Source of the DNA: Phoronis australis
Taxonomy: Eukaryota; Animalia; Phoronida
Assembly (NCBI GenBank): GCA_002633005.1
Contig: NMRA01000843.1
Coordinates: forward strand, 15,230 to 79,229
Length of the DNA: 64,000 nt
Direction of reading: 5' to 3'
A program made the position numbers and the translations under genes. Below, one piece after another: positions 52,861 through 64,000 of this stretch; within the stretch, counting starts at the first letter, position 1; every line of letters begins with the position of its first letter. Under the pieces are notes generated by a model, which made no database searches, was not told where the DNA came from, and saw nothing but the letters and a program-made list of their open reading frames with translations.

Positions 52861-55800
52861 AATTTATTTAGAAGCACTTTGTTGACACGTAGCGCTGGAT
52901 GTGTCGTCTTACTGTGAGTTCATTGGTCAATAGAGGTTGACGTACACCGTAAACCACATGTAAAGTCCGGTTACGCCTCTGCACAGTTATTGTACACTCA
53001 CGTTCAAAGACTGGTGTGTACATCAACATACACTGAATGTATAGGCACAGGTATGCAGGTATATACTGGTAGTACACAAAAAACTTTGATTAATTCTGCA
53101 TTAAGCCTACATTAAAAGAACTCCTACACTCTCCGGTCTCTAACACAATTGTACAGACATGTCGTCTGTGAAGCTACTTTAGACGTTCCTAAACTTATGA
53201 ACCTCGTCTTGCAATTGACCCAGTAACCCCTGGATAACGTTAGCGCACTGCATCCTGTAAAAGATTACACTTGATATATCGCTCCGCCGGGGACCGCGCA
53301 TTTGCACAACTCATAGTTGTAGCGTGTATACTCGTGAGCGAGTCTACATTCACAGTTTTTCCTGGCAAACGCATGGACTGACAAAAGGTGTTTAGTCCGC
53401 GACAAAGCTATAAAGTTGACCTATAGGGGCAATACAAACACGTACCTTTTTCTTCTTTACTATACTTTCAATACATAGCAATCTAGATTATAGGCCTACT
53501 GCCCTTGTAACTTTATCATCAATTTAATATTATGCTTCATCTGACTAGCTTTTGCCTAATGGTTGTATTTATAGAATGTGATGACATCTTCAGCCTGACA
53601 GTTTATTTACAAGATGATAGAGGGGCGAATAGTCAAGGCTTACACTGTACATTTCCCCCTTGTTTTTCCCACTCGTACGTACCACGAACTTTCTTAAACA
53701 GTTGGCAAACAAATAAAATTTTGCAAAGGTGTGAGGAAAAAGAAAATTCTGGTGGCCAGCGTGTGAAATGAGTGCAAGTCTGAACCAGGGTAATACTTTA
53801 AGGCTGGAGGAACGGAGACAATGAACCGTACTGAGTTGGTACGTGCTCTACTAAGGACGCACAAATCCACTGCAAACTTGCAGAGGCAGATCTACACCAT
53901 TTTCGATATAGTTATATTCACCCCGCTAGCCCCGCCCCTCTCAGTTGGAGGTGCTGTGACGTGGGGAAATTTCTAGCGTGCAGCCATTTTGACGGCTCAG
54001 TGCCGAGAGCGTCTAATTTAAATGTCTCTTTGTTTAAGTATAAAATAAGAGTGCCGGAATGCGCCTGGATCTCAACGTTCGTACCGTAAAAATTAATCAT
54101 AATACTAAGATCAGAAACCATTAGTTTGACCATAAGGCCACACTAGGCTAATTGTGCTATAAGGTCACACTAGGCTAATTATGGACGTCATAACGCTGAT
54201 GCGGTCAACAATAAAACTTCGACTAACATGTTCAGCAACAGATCACGAAATGAATTCTGAGAAAATTTAAACTCTCACCTTATCCAATGTTATCCCCATG
54301 TCTAAGTCTAGACGTGAGAATGTCTCCTGATGTTCTGGCCAAGTGGCACGTACTGGAAAAATACACGATGGGTTTCCCAATGAGATAAATATAGCTCATT
54401 GGTTTTTCCTTAAGTTTTGTTGCCTCCGTTGCTTAATAGGTCTTTGATGCAGATGTGACGGGAGCGCCGTCTATTGATGGAGCCGTGAGTGACGACGAGT
54501 CGCCAGTTTAGTTCCAGAAGCTAGAGTGTGTAATTATATTTTAAAGGGGTGTAAGATGGTCAATTCCTTATATGGAACTTCCGATGACGAATTTTTAGTT
54601 CTATTTTGATTGGGTTTTACGTTTAACTTGAGACCCCTATTTTAGCGTAATTTGGAACATTCGCGGTGCGAATAAGCCTATAAAAATGGGCCCCTCACGC
54701 TAACTGAAAACTTCGGATTCTGCCGGGTCTCGACTCTATCCGCAAGGAATCTCAACCAAGCAAACTAACTGTTTGGGCGTTTTAAATTTGGACTTTGACA
54801 TTTTTCAGCGAATTCTTCTTGTTCATAAATTCTTTGGGTTATAAGTTAAAGCTGCGATGTCGACGGAAGTTAGCGATGAGTTGTAAGTTTGTAGATTTGT
54901 GTTTCATATTTATTGCATAATAAAACTCAGTATATTTATCTTCTTCTCTCTTGTTTCACTCTCTATAAGTTGTCACCATGGTTCCCTCGTAAGCGATTCG
55001 AACGAGTGAAAAAGTACACAAATATTTTTATCGGCTACGAACAGTCGACATTTTAGAAACTAAGTAGATCGGTGCTGGTCGCTCCACAGATTCCCGTTAC
55101 ACAAACAACAGATGGCGGGTTTGGCTATTAGAGGAGTTTCGCAGTGACATGCCGATTCACGTTACAAAAAATGGATTTCGCAACAGATAAATGTTCACGT
55201 GAACTGCTGACGTAAAAGTAAATGTGAACTAAAAAACTGAGCTCAGGGTGTCCAGTTATGGTAAATGTAGGCCTAGTGCATGTCAGCTGTTTACAAGAAA
55301 TTAAGACGCTCTGCCAATACAACTTCTTTTACGTGAAAAAAGGTCTATTGCCTTGTTGCGGATTTCTGGTGTTGGACGTCTGCTGTCCGTATGGAGTCAG
55401 CGTGGCAGCACAGCAATGGCACTGATCTACTTTCAGTATGAGAGTGTGTTTCATCAACCAAAGAGATGTTGATAGACCAAGGCTTCAGAATACTTTGTAC
55501 CCACCTCGGTGGGGGGGTTGTCTACAAGAAGAATCCCTAGACGTCTGGTTTTCACCAACAATGGCTATAGTGAAGTATTAGCTACATTTTTCCATGTTTT
55601 CAACTGCATCCTTTCCATTGTGGACACGGGGTAGGGCTGGACGATTTGCGCTGGAGGGAAGGGGGTTGTTCAACCCCCCCCCCCCCCCCCCCCCCCCNCC
55701 CCCCCCCCCTGTGGCCAGGGGCCTGTAGTCTGTGGGGAAAGATGTATGTTTGTAAAAACAGAATTAATTTGCCCACAATAACTTCCATCATCACCCATAT

Positions 55801-55907
55801 AGTGATATACCAGAGCAGCATCAAAGGTATAGCCAATCCACGGGACGATAAGAAGAGCAGAACAAATAGATGTTGAAATGCTGTGCAGTTACCCACGAAT
55901 AAATATA

Positions 55908-55973
55908 TAAAATAGTAAAACTAAAACGACGAGCATTAGTACCGAGGCTCGTCGTCTTAGTTTTACTATTTTA
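55908..55973. repeat. 27-bp-arm inverted repeat (hairpin), 12-nt spacer
   Basis: taaaatagtaaaactaaaacgacgagc / gctcgtcgtcttagttttactatttta, one mismatch. Confidence 0.9.
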
Positions 55974-56010
55974 ACAGTAGAACAAGTAAATTAAAACAAA
56001 AACCACATCC

Positions 56011-56498
56011 AATTGTGACCTAGAGAATGTTCAGAGTAATATATATATTAATTGTGACCTAGAGAATGTTCAGAGAGTAATACATATATTAATTGTGACC
56101 TAGAGAATGTTCAGAGAGTAATATATATATTAATTGTGACCTAGAGAATGTTCAGAGAGTAATATATATATTCATTGTGACCTAGAGAATGTTCAGAGAG
56201 TAATATATATATATTAATTGTGACCTAGAGAATGTTCAGAGAGTAATATATATATTAATTGTGACCTAGAGAATGTTCAGAGAGTAATATATATATTAAT
56301 TGTGACCTAGAGAATGTTGAGAGAGTAATATATATATTGTGACCTAGAGAATGTTCAGAGAGTAATATATATATTAATTGTGACCTAGAGAATGTTCAGA
56401 GAGTAATATATATTAATTGTGACCTAGAGAATGTTCAGAGAGTAATATATATATTAATTGTGACCTAGAGAATGTTCAGAGAGTAATATATATATTAA
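56011..56498. repeat. ~41-bp minisatellite, 12 copies, variable (TA)n
   Basis: Unit aattgtgacctagagaatgttcagagagtaa(ta)ntt. Confidence 0.96.
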
Positions 56499-57352
56499 CA
56501 GTGTTTTCACTTAAATACAACTTATACACAAAAAATCTCAGACAATTTGTGATCAGTAATCAACATTTCCACTCTTCCCATTTTTGCAAATCCTCATAAC
56601 TTGTTTCTTACCAGTCACTTGAAGATAACAAATCCATGTATTGCACTTTTGTTGGAAGCATGAACGTTTTATAGACATTGGCTATTAGACGACACAATTT
56701 TTGACAAACCTTTCACAATGAACCAATTTGAAAGCAAATTAGATACCTCACGACCAGATAAAAGCCCTATCCAGAATACCATGAAATAAGCAGAATAATT
56801 CACGTCAACTATTTTAAATTGTCACCAAACATGGCTCTAACAATTCACACATGTGCCAGAATATGTCAACTTGTTTGAGTTAAGAATAGAATGCTTAAGT
56901 TGCCTTTCTGGTAAAAATTTGCTGTAATACTGCAAATATCTTCCTTGAGAATTTCAACAGACTTCGTTTTGTGAAACGTTATTGCTTATATCGGCCTCTG
57001 CTAAAGATACAACATATGAGATGTGTTTAATGACATTTGTATTACCAGTAAAGACATGTTAAGATCAAATTGACACTTTCACCAAATTCTACAGTGTGCT
57101 GTTGACAATGTCGCGAAACACAAACAGATGAGGGATAGTCTATTTTCTCAATTTCAGTTAGATGAGGAATTTGACAAAATATACCCAACTGCACTGTTAT
57201 ACTGATTTCTGAACAAAATAATTTCTGCTGCTCACACATCTACAACTGCAGACTAATTTCCACAAACTGCCAGCTGTGAACACAACTTGCACAACATGGT
57301 TAAACTTTATCCTTACAACAACATTTACACAGACGCCTACTTCGTACAGATC

Positions 57353-57520
57353 TCAAATCTTGGTATTTTGATGTAACTCAGGCTTGATATCATACACTAG
57401 TTCTAACAACAGTTGTAACGCCTGCTCCTTATTCTTAGTCACATTGCTGTTAATTTCTGCAACTTGTTGCTTCGTGCTCTGCTCTATTTTAGCCTCAGCG
57501 TCTCCCTTTGACCCCATTAT
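57353..57520 (-). CDS. ATP6V1G: V-type proton ATPase subunit G, exon 3
   Basis: ccgttttcag|ATA; IMGSKGDAEAKIEQ..LVYDIKPELHQNTKI*. Confidence 0.96.
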   Translation of the reverse strand: MMGSKGDAEAKIEQSTKQQVAEINSNVTKNKEQALQLLLELVYDIKPELHQNTKI

Positions 57521-57705
57521 CTGAAAACGGAAAATGGACAAATAAAGGTACATGTACCAAATCGTATACTATGGTGGCTCTTTTATTTCTAATCACACAA
57601 CACTCACCCCCTCTTGAGGTGGGCAGGTAAATACATTCATCTTTTCCTTTTCATTTTAACGATTCACACATTTTAGTTGCAAACATATTTTTTGTTTCCA
57701 AACAA

Positions 57706-58873
57706 CGGGGCTCGACATAACGAGCTGCAGGTCGCATTTGCGACCTGAAATTTGGAAATGCGAGCTGAGATTTTTGTCAGCTCGTATAAAGTCGCAAAAT
57801 GCGACCTGGAATTTCCAACGAATGCGAGCTGAGTTTTTACACTTCTCAACAGACACCTGGCAAATACAAAGCAACTCCTGTTAATCCGACCGTTATTTGG
57901 TTGTTGCCAAATACAAGTTCAAAAGAACACTAACCGAGAAAAGGCCTCCCGATGACTTGTAAGCAAGTCGCGTGAACATGGGATATGCAGAATCGATCTT
58001 TGACGCGTTTCATTGGCTAACACTTTCGGCCACTTTTGTAAATTCCCGGATTCGCCGAAGAAAGTTTCGGGCCAATGCTTACACGTGATAAAACTTCACA
58101 AAACAACGGTGTTTCTATTAATTCTTAAGCGATCAACTTACCAAACTTTGTGGTGGACAAAAATGCTTATTTTTCACATAAGATGTCCTTATTACATGTA
58201 CCAAATATCCACGACAATATCCCTGATATCGCACTGCGGCACCATTAGCGCGCAAGCGGTCCCGGCAGACAATCGTGACTTAGACTGAGGTATGCTTCTC
58301 CTTTTATCGTATTAAGACAGCCAAAGTGAAAATGACAACCTTGTTAATCGCCAAACGACGGTCACGTCTTTACTTTCAATTTTCCAAGAAATTCTCAAAC
58401 CCTTTACTTGTTTCTGGGGCTACGTGCGCGAAATATGATTTGTCTTTCACACGTTGTTGCCAACGTAAAGTGTAGGCCTACTCCAGCGATTCAAGTGCGT
58501 GAACTCACGCGTGCGCACCACTTCAAAGAACAGCGACAGTCCTAAATGAAAGAGTATACCGGCTTGGCTCTGGTTTATTTGAAAATGAACTCAGATTCCC
58601 AGCGGTTATAAAAGACCCGATGTCCCGGGACCGATATAACCCAGAACTAACGTTATTCTGTTCCGATGTTTCCCGAGGTCGATGTTCTGTAANGTAAGAG
58701 CATAATCTAAACATTTTCCCGATGATCTAAAAAATCTGTTTTGGCGCGTAAAAATGGCGGGAAAATTTTGCGACCTGGCATTTACGAATGCGAGCTGGAT
58801 TTTGAAAATGCGACCTGGGATTTTGGCTAGGTCGCAAAATGCGACCTGGCAATTTTATTAGCGTCGAGCCCTG
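57706..58873. mobile_element. Non-autonomous hAT-like element in ATP6V1G intron 2
   Basis: TIRs CGGGGCTCGAC / GTCGAGCCCTG, subterminal tgcgacct/tgcgagct repeats at both ends, and AACAA on both flanks. Confidence 0.75.
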
Positions 58874-59398
58874 AACAACCAAATTGAACTTGTCCATAGC
58901 AGAACTAAGGATCAATTGATGTATCTCCGCGTTTTTCTAAACTGTTCCCTGCATAGCTATAGTTTATTAAACACTTCCATAACTGGGCGGTAGGACTCTC
59001 GTTTGTTCCAGAGATTGTGGCCACAATTCCATCAAGGACTGCTTTACACAAGACACTTTCAATTGTACCTCTCTGAAGGTGGTTGTTTTTATATGATTTT
59101 GAAAAACAATAAAAACGGCACACAGCAAGTTATTGGTTAAACTCAGGAGAAAAAGTAGAGATCCTCAGATCATTTATATGCCACTTATCACTTTCAAATA
59201 GTAAAACGGAAGTTGCTGATTGACAAAGCAGGAAAAATGTAGTTTTAGATTTACTAAAGCAAATTCCGGTTTTTGAAAACAGAAAATTGTGGTCTCTGTG
59301 AACTCAAGAAGATGGAATTGCCAAGATTATGTTCTCAGCTTGAACACTAGATGGGGCTACCAGTAACTACATCTGTATTCTCAAACAGCAATATTTAC

Positions 59399-59499
59399 CC
59401 TGGCCTCTTCATCTTTAAATTGTTTTTCCCTCTCTTGTCTATAAGCCTGGATGTCTGCATCAGCTTCAAACTTTGCCTGTTTTAATTTCTGAGCTTTGC
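59399..59499 (-). CDS. ATP6V1G: V-type proton ATPase subunit G, exon 2
   Basis: 101 nt, tcttacag|GC...AGG|gtaaat; (R)KAQKLKQAKFEADADIQAYRQEREKQFKDEEAR. Confidence 0.96.
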
Positions 59500-61984
59500 C
59501 TGTAAGACAAATAAAACTAATTCAGAAATTGAGCAATCTCATTTTCACTCTCCCACCAATCACAACTGACATCTTTTGGCAATATTAGTGAACTACACTG
59601 CTGTATGTACATAATTGGGCCCATGCTCCTACAACTGAACAGGACAATCACCGAGGCAACACATTTGTTTGTGGACAACAAAGGCATACAGTAATGGTTA
59701 TGAAATGGGAATGCTCAACCAAATTACCTTTTGAATGATAAAATCAAGCATATTATTGTAACAAACAATATGTATGAAAAGTTAGCTGAGAATAATAGAT
59801 AGGATATAAATAGAAAACTTCAATGATATGTGGCCTTTCAGATTTTGTCTTAAAAATGCAATTTCATATGGGTCACCTGACCAAAAAAGATGTGATCTTG
59901 GCCATAAGAAAACTGGGTGTAACTGACGATTTTCAACGCGACCAAATAAATAGCACTGGCAATAGAGGTTTGAATCTATTCCTATTAACTTGACAACAGT
60001 TGGACGGATTCAACAACAGAGGTGACCTCTATTGGCAACTGTTTTCTATATTTGCCTCTGTATTGTTGTAGTTGCTTTCTTTTCACGAAATATTGCACAC
60101 AGTTTTGTGTTAAAAAGACTACAACGCCTTCCCATTTTTGGACGTTGGAATTGTTCTGTGCCATCTAGTGGCCATTTATGATACTGAAACCACCCGTAGA
60201 AGCACACCGTTAACAGTGCAGTCGTGAGCACATTTCAACGCTCTGCATAGACAGGTGCCCCCACTGTGCATGGAGTGGCTGGCATATGTGTAACCTGCCC
60301 ATGTAACTTTGTCTGTGTTACTGTTTAACCTCGAGCACATTGGATGTAATGACGTTCAGTCTTCAATGTCAGACACATATTAAAGGACAATTCAAAAATT
60401 GGTTACAATAGTATTTGCTTGAGTTGGAAGCATTTTAAGACTTCAACTGGCGCTAAAGGTGTTCATCTACACTCGAAAGGTTCCCATAATAATGTTATTT
60501 GGATAGTTCAACATGGTTTAATTATAATTTGTAGAAAATCTTCAGGTGTACAAGCTTTATTAAGACGTGTCATTGCGTTGTGCTTGTTTTGCATATAAAG
60601 CTGTCCTACTGCATGCAAGGCTGGGAGCAGAAAATCACGCTTGTGCATCACGCGCTGTGTACAAAATAATATGAAATTGAGTGCTATGCACGTAATAAAT
60701 TTTTAGACTCGCAGGTGCTGATTCATTGTAAAGTTGATGGAGTTACCTGCTGCGATGTTGAAATTGATGTGTTAAAACTGAGTCAACTTTATATTCATGT
60801 TTACTAAAACAAATTATGCAAAAGGTTTTTTGAGATAAAAATGAGACTTCTGTAATAGAAAGCTATAAGCGTACAAATGCAGTAACGTGATTTTGACTGT
60901 GACTCAGCTGTCCGTCAATTGATATCAGCATCAGTTGCATGAAAGTAAACTGTAATAGTATTGTGCTTTGTACTGAAACTACACTTAACTTATATAGCAC
61001 AATTAATTATTAGAATGGTTTATTATATAAGTCTTGCCACACAGTTCAATGAAATGTGACTCGTATGCATGTGGTCTTCTGTATATTGCAAAACATGTTG
61101 TACAGTAGTTAGTCAGTCTGCAATAAAGAGATGTCTTCTCCACTCCTCTCTCCACAACTACAAGAGTACTAGGCAATGCGTAGCCGCTCTGTTGGCCAGT
61201 TAGGGCTACAATACTTCCCATTGCTTTCTGTACGCATTTCATTCCATGCATTTTAAACGGTAGGCTTAATCCGGCCACCGATTTTGACTTTTCACCTCGT
61301 CAAAAATCCATTCCACACTTAAAACTATCACTTAAAAAAGCGCTTACATTCTTCATTGGTCCTATGTACTTCTACACATATCTTCAATGAAGCTTACTTG
61401 TGAGAATTCCAACTCTACTTTTTTGGTTGCCATTAACATTTTCACCACGCCCACGATAACCACAAAGTATGTCAACCGAGTCACGTGAGATAAACAAAGA
61501 CTAGAACGAGACTGTGCGAAGCCTGTGACACTAGCGCGTGACACTTGTAAAATAACATGAGAAGGTATCAGATGAAATTTGTAAGATTTGTGTCCCTTGG
61601 ACTTTTTATTCGTCAACTGCGTCATTTCACATAACTTCCCCAAAATGACACCTGGTAAGAGAAACTTGAGCAATCACAACAGATTTTCATCGAATTGTTC
61701 AAAATGTCTTGACTGAATCGTCTCCAGACTTATGGTATGAGTTGTTTACAATATGACGACAAGGACTTACACATATTGTTTTGGTATCGTTTGATTCCTT
61801 GCAATGTTATCTTTCCAGAAATACGCAGAATTTTTTCCTACCCCGTTCCCTTAATATTTTATCGTGAAATTTCTGCTCACACTATTTCCCGGCACTCGGT
61901 AGTAATACCACCATGTTGAATGGAAGGAGTCACCTGGCAGTCAAAAACTGAACTAATCTACCAACTTCTGCAGATCGTCGCTTT

Positions 61985-62125
61985 TCATGAGTTCAAGCTG
62001 ACTTAGACCCGTCTATCCCCTGCCCGAGTTACGGTCCCAAAGGTTCGAATTCGATCCTATGGTGACCCTGATGAGAATCTCCTAGCAAGAATCCTCGAAA
62101 AAAGCGGAGCTTGTTTTTGAGGTCC
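61985..62125 (+). mobile_element. Possible SINE-like relic: pol III B-box followed by a degenerate type I hammerhead core
   Basis: GGTTCGAAT at 62042; GACC-CTGATGA (62064-62074)...CTC-GAAA (62097-62100)..AAGC gga GCTT..GGTC (62121-62124). Confidence 0.35.
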
Positions 62126-62859
62126 AAATTGGTGAAAAGAGTATCACTTCAGACAATTTCGTGTAAAATGGTGACAATTCTAAAAACATGGAAAAGGTGA
62201 AATGCTTCTACTTGTTGCTCTATATTATGTCAGGAAAATTGTAGCGGGAATCTCGCGCAGGCAAACACCATTCAGAATCCATGGTGCTGTTTCATTCATT
62301 AGCAATAGGAGTTGCTGTAATCTTGAGCTAACATGGCGGTGTCCACCAGGAAATACTGCGAACTTAAATTCGACGATAAAATATGGAAGAAACGCGGTAG
62401 GGGATACATTCATATATTTTTGGAAAGATAACAGCACGAGGAATCGAACGATACCAAAATCATGTGTGTAGGTCAATTTCGTCATATTGTAGTAATAGCC
62501 GAGATTACCCGACCATTCAGCTAATAGGCAATTGCCCATTAGCGAGTAGCTAACAGAGGCTCATATGAATCACCGGAAGCACATCTACAACAATATTGTA
62601 AACAATTGCCCATGTTTCATTTGATTTTTTTCTTGTATTTTGAAATTCGTAACTTTTTGTGGGGATGTACTATCGCCCCTCATGCCCGCGGCATCGAGGG
62701 CGATGCAATTGCCTACAACTACTACAAAGTACAAGGCATTACAATTTTACATTTTTACATGGAGTCAAGAGTTAACAATTTTTTGTTCAGTTATTTATAC
62801 AGATGCGCTATACACAATACACACCGAAAACTCAAGCATATAATATACAGCTTACTTAC

Positions 62860-62941
62860 GTTTTCTAGCTTCAGATACCTTCTCAGCGGCCCGTTTTTCC
62901 GCGGCTAAAAGCTGCTGTATTCCTGTAGACTGGCTCGCCAT
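62860..62941 (-). CDS. ATP6V1G: V-type proton ATPase subunit G, exon 1
   Basis: 82 nt, [28 protein letters not shown]|gtaagt. The exons total 82+101+168=351 nt (116 aa). Confidence 0.97.
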
Positions 62942-62959
62942 TTTCTCTATTTTAGTAAA

Positions 62960-62969
62960 GTCATGTGAC
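62960..62969. promoter_or_regulatory. M-box/CLEAR-like MiT/TFE (MITF/TFEB) site
   Basis: GTCATGTGAC lies ~20 bp upstream of the ATP6V1G start codon; V-ATPase genes are established MiT/TFE targets. Confidence 0.6.
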
Positions 62970-63806
62970 TTCAAATCAGACAACGTTGATCGATAAATAT
63001 TAATCTTTTTTAAGAAAATTTTACAAAAAGACAGAAGAAAGTTACGTGTTTACGTTGCTCATGATTTAATCATATTTCAGAAAATTAAGTAACAATACCC
63101 CAACATAAAATAAACTTTTAATACTACTTGTACTTTACGAAAGTACAGTGTGTAACGTTGAGCTAACTTTGTGTTGAGTCTGTCTTCCGGTTGAGAAGCG
63201 AAAGTTATTCCAAGAATTCAGACAACTTTAAGTCAGTATGTTTTCGATTCATTCACTGCACCTCTTAATTATGTTATATTTTATTTTGTTATGAAGCTGT
63301 GCTCAAAGGAGTTTTATATTGTAATTCGTTTTTGTTGCCTGCTTCCCAGTAAATGCATTTTGACGCGGCCCAGCCCACGACAGGTTCAGCCGCGGTTAAG
63401 CCTGGGTGAAAGACAGCATACTACTACTAGTGTCTTTAGCTTGTTGGCTTATCTCGTTCTTTTCAGAACGTACCCGAAGACATCTGAGTCTTCTGACTCT
63501 CCTGTAAAACTGCATAAACATGGAACAGCATGACATATAAGGTCATCAAATTTTTAGAGGTGACCAAGTTAAACCTTTCGCTTCAATTCAACAACTGTAG
63601 ATGTAGACATAGTGAGGACAAAGTGAGGTTCACAAATCTGCACAGATTTCCAAGAAACATGAGAGTCAAGAAACCGTGAAGGGTCTTGCCCATGTACAAT
63701 TGTCTATTGGCTGATTGTTTTGAATGCTTGACTTGAAAACTGATTGTGCAGTAATCAAGGTACCTAAACTACACGGTGTGTATTTGGGTGCGTGGATCGT
63801 GTTTTA

Positions 63807-64000
63807 TGAGTGTTCCCGTGTTTGTGAGTCCGTTCCCGTGTTTGTGAGTCCGTTCCCGTGTTTGTGAGTCCGTTCCCGTGTTTGTGAGTCCGTTCCCGTG
63901 TTTGTGAGTCCGTTCCCGTGTTTGTGAGTCCGTTCCCGTGTTTGTGAGTCCGTTCCCGTGTTTGTGAGTCCGTTCCCGTGTTTGTGAGTCCGTTCCCGTG
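63807..64000. repeat. 20-bp minisatellite running off the window end
   Basis: Unit gagtccgttcccgtgtttgt, at least 9 copies. Confidence 0.96.

Noticed and set aside
55600-55896. Poly-Gly/poly-Pro ORFs
   Set aside because: Caused by a poly-C homopolymer containing an N.
62000-62060. tRNA gene
   Set aside because: Only a B-box-like motif; no cloverleaf could be folded.

Overview
AT-rich, repeat-laden eukaryotic (most likely invertebrate animal) genomic scaffold with four large N-gaps. Most long ORFs in the supplied track are gap or tandem-repeat artefacts; the real genes are intron-containing and were reconstructed by hand. All three lie on the minus strand. (1) A FAM111-like trypsin-fold serine protease with four phase-compatible exons (22365/22359-13459) and an intact His/Asp/Ser triad. 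Its middle exon is present twice, and a deleted paralogue relic lies at ~10.0-10.3 kb. (2) An ankyrin-repeat gene (35716-32397) built from one-repeat-per-exon phase-0 modules. Four of these come from recent exon+intron tandem amplification and differ mostly at predicted binding-surface codons. (3) A complete three-exon V-ATPase subunit G gene (62941-57353) with an M-box/CLEAR motif just upstream. The rest is a HERO-type RLE non-LTR retrotransposon, Penelope, CR1/L2, RTE/RTEX, Tx1-like and MULE-like relics, a truncated THAP ORF, several MITEs, many minisatellites, and two gap-flanking duplications that are probably uncollapsed haplotypes. The best leads are a possible diversifying ankyrin-sensor plus FAM111-protease locus, and a permuted (pseudoknotted) hammerhead-like motif in the 3' tail of the HERO element.
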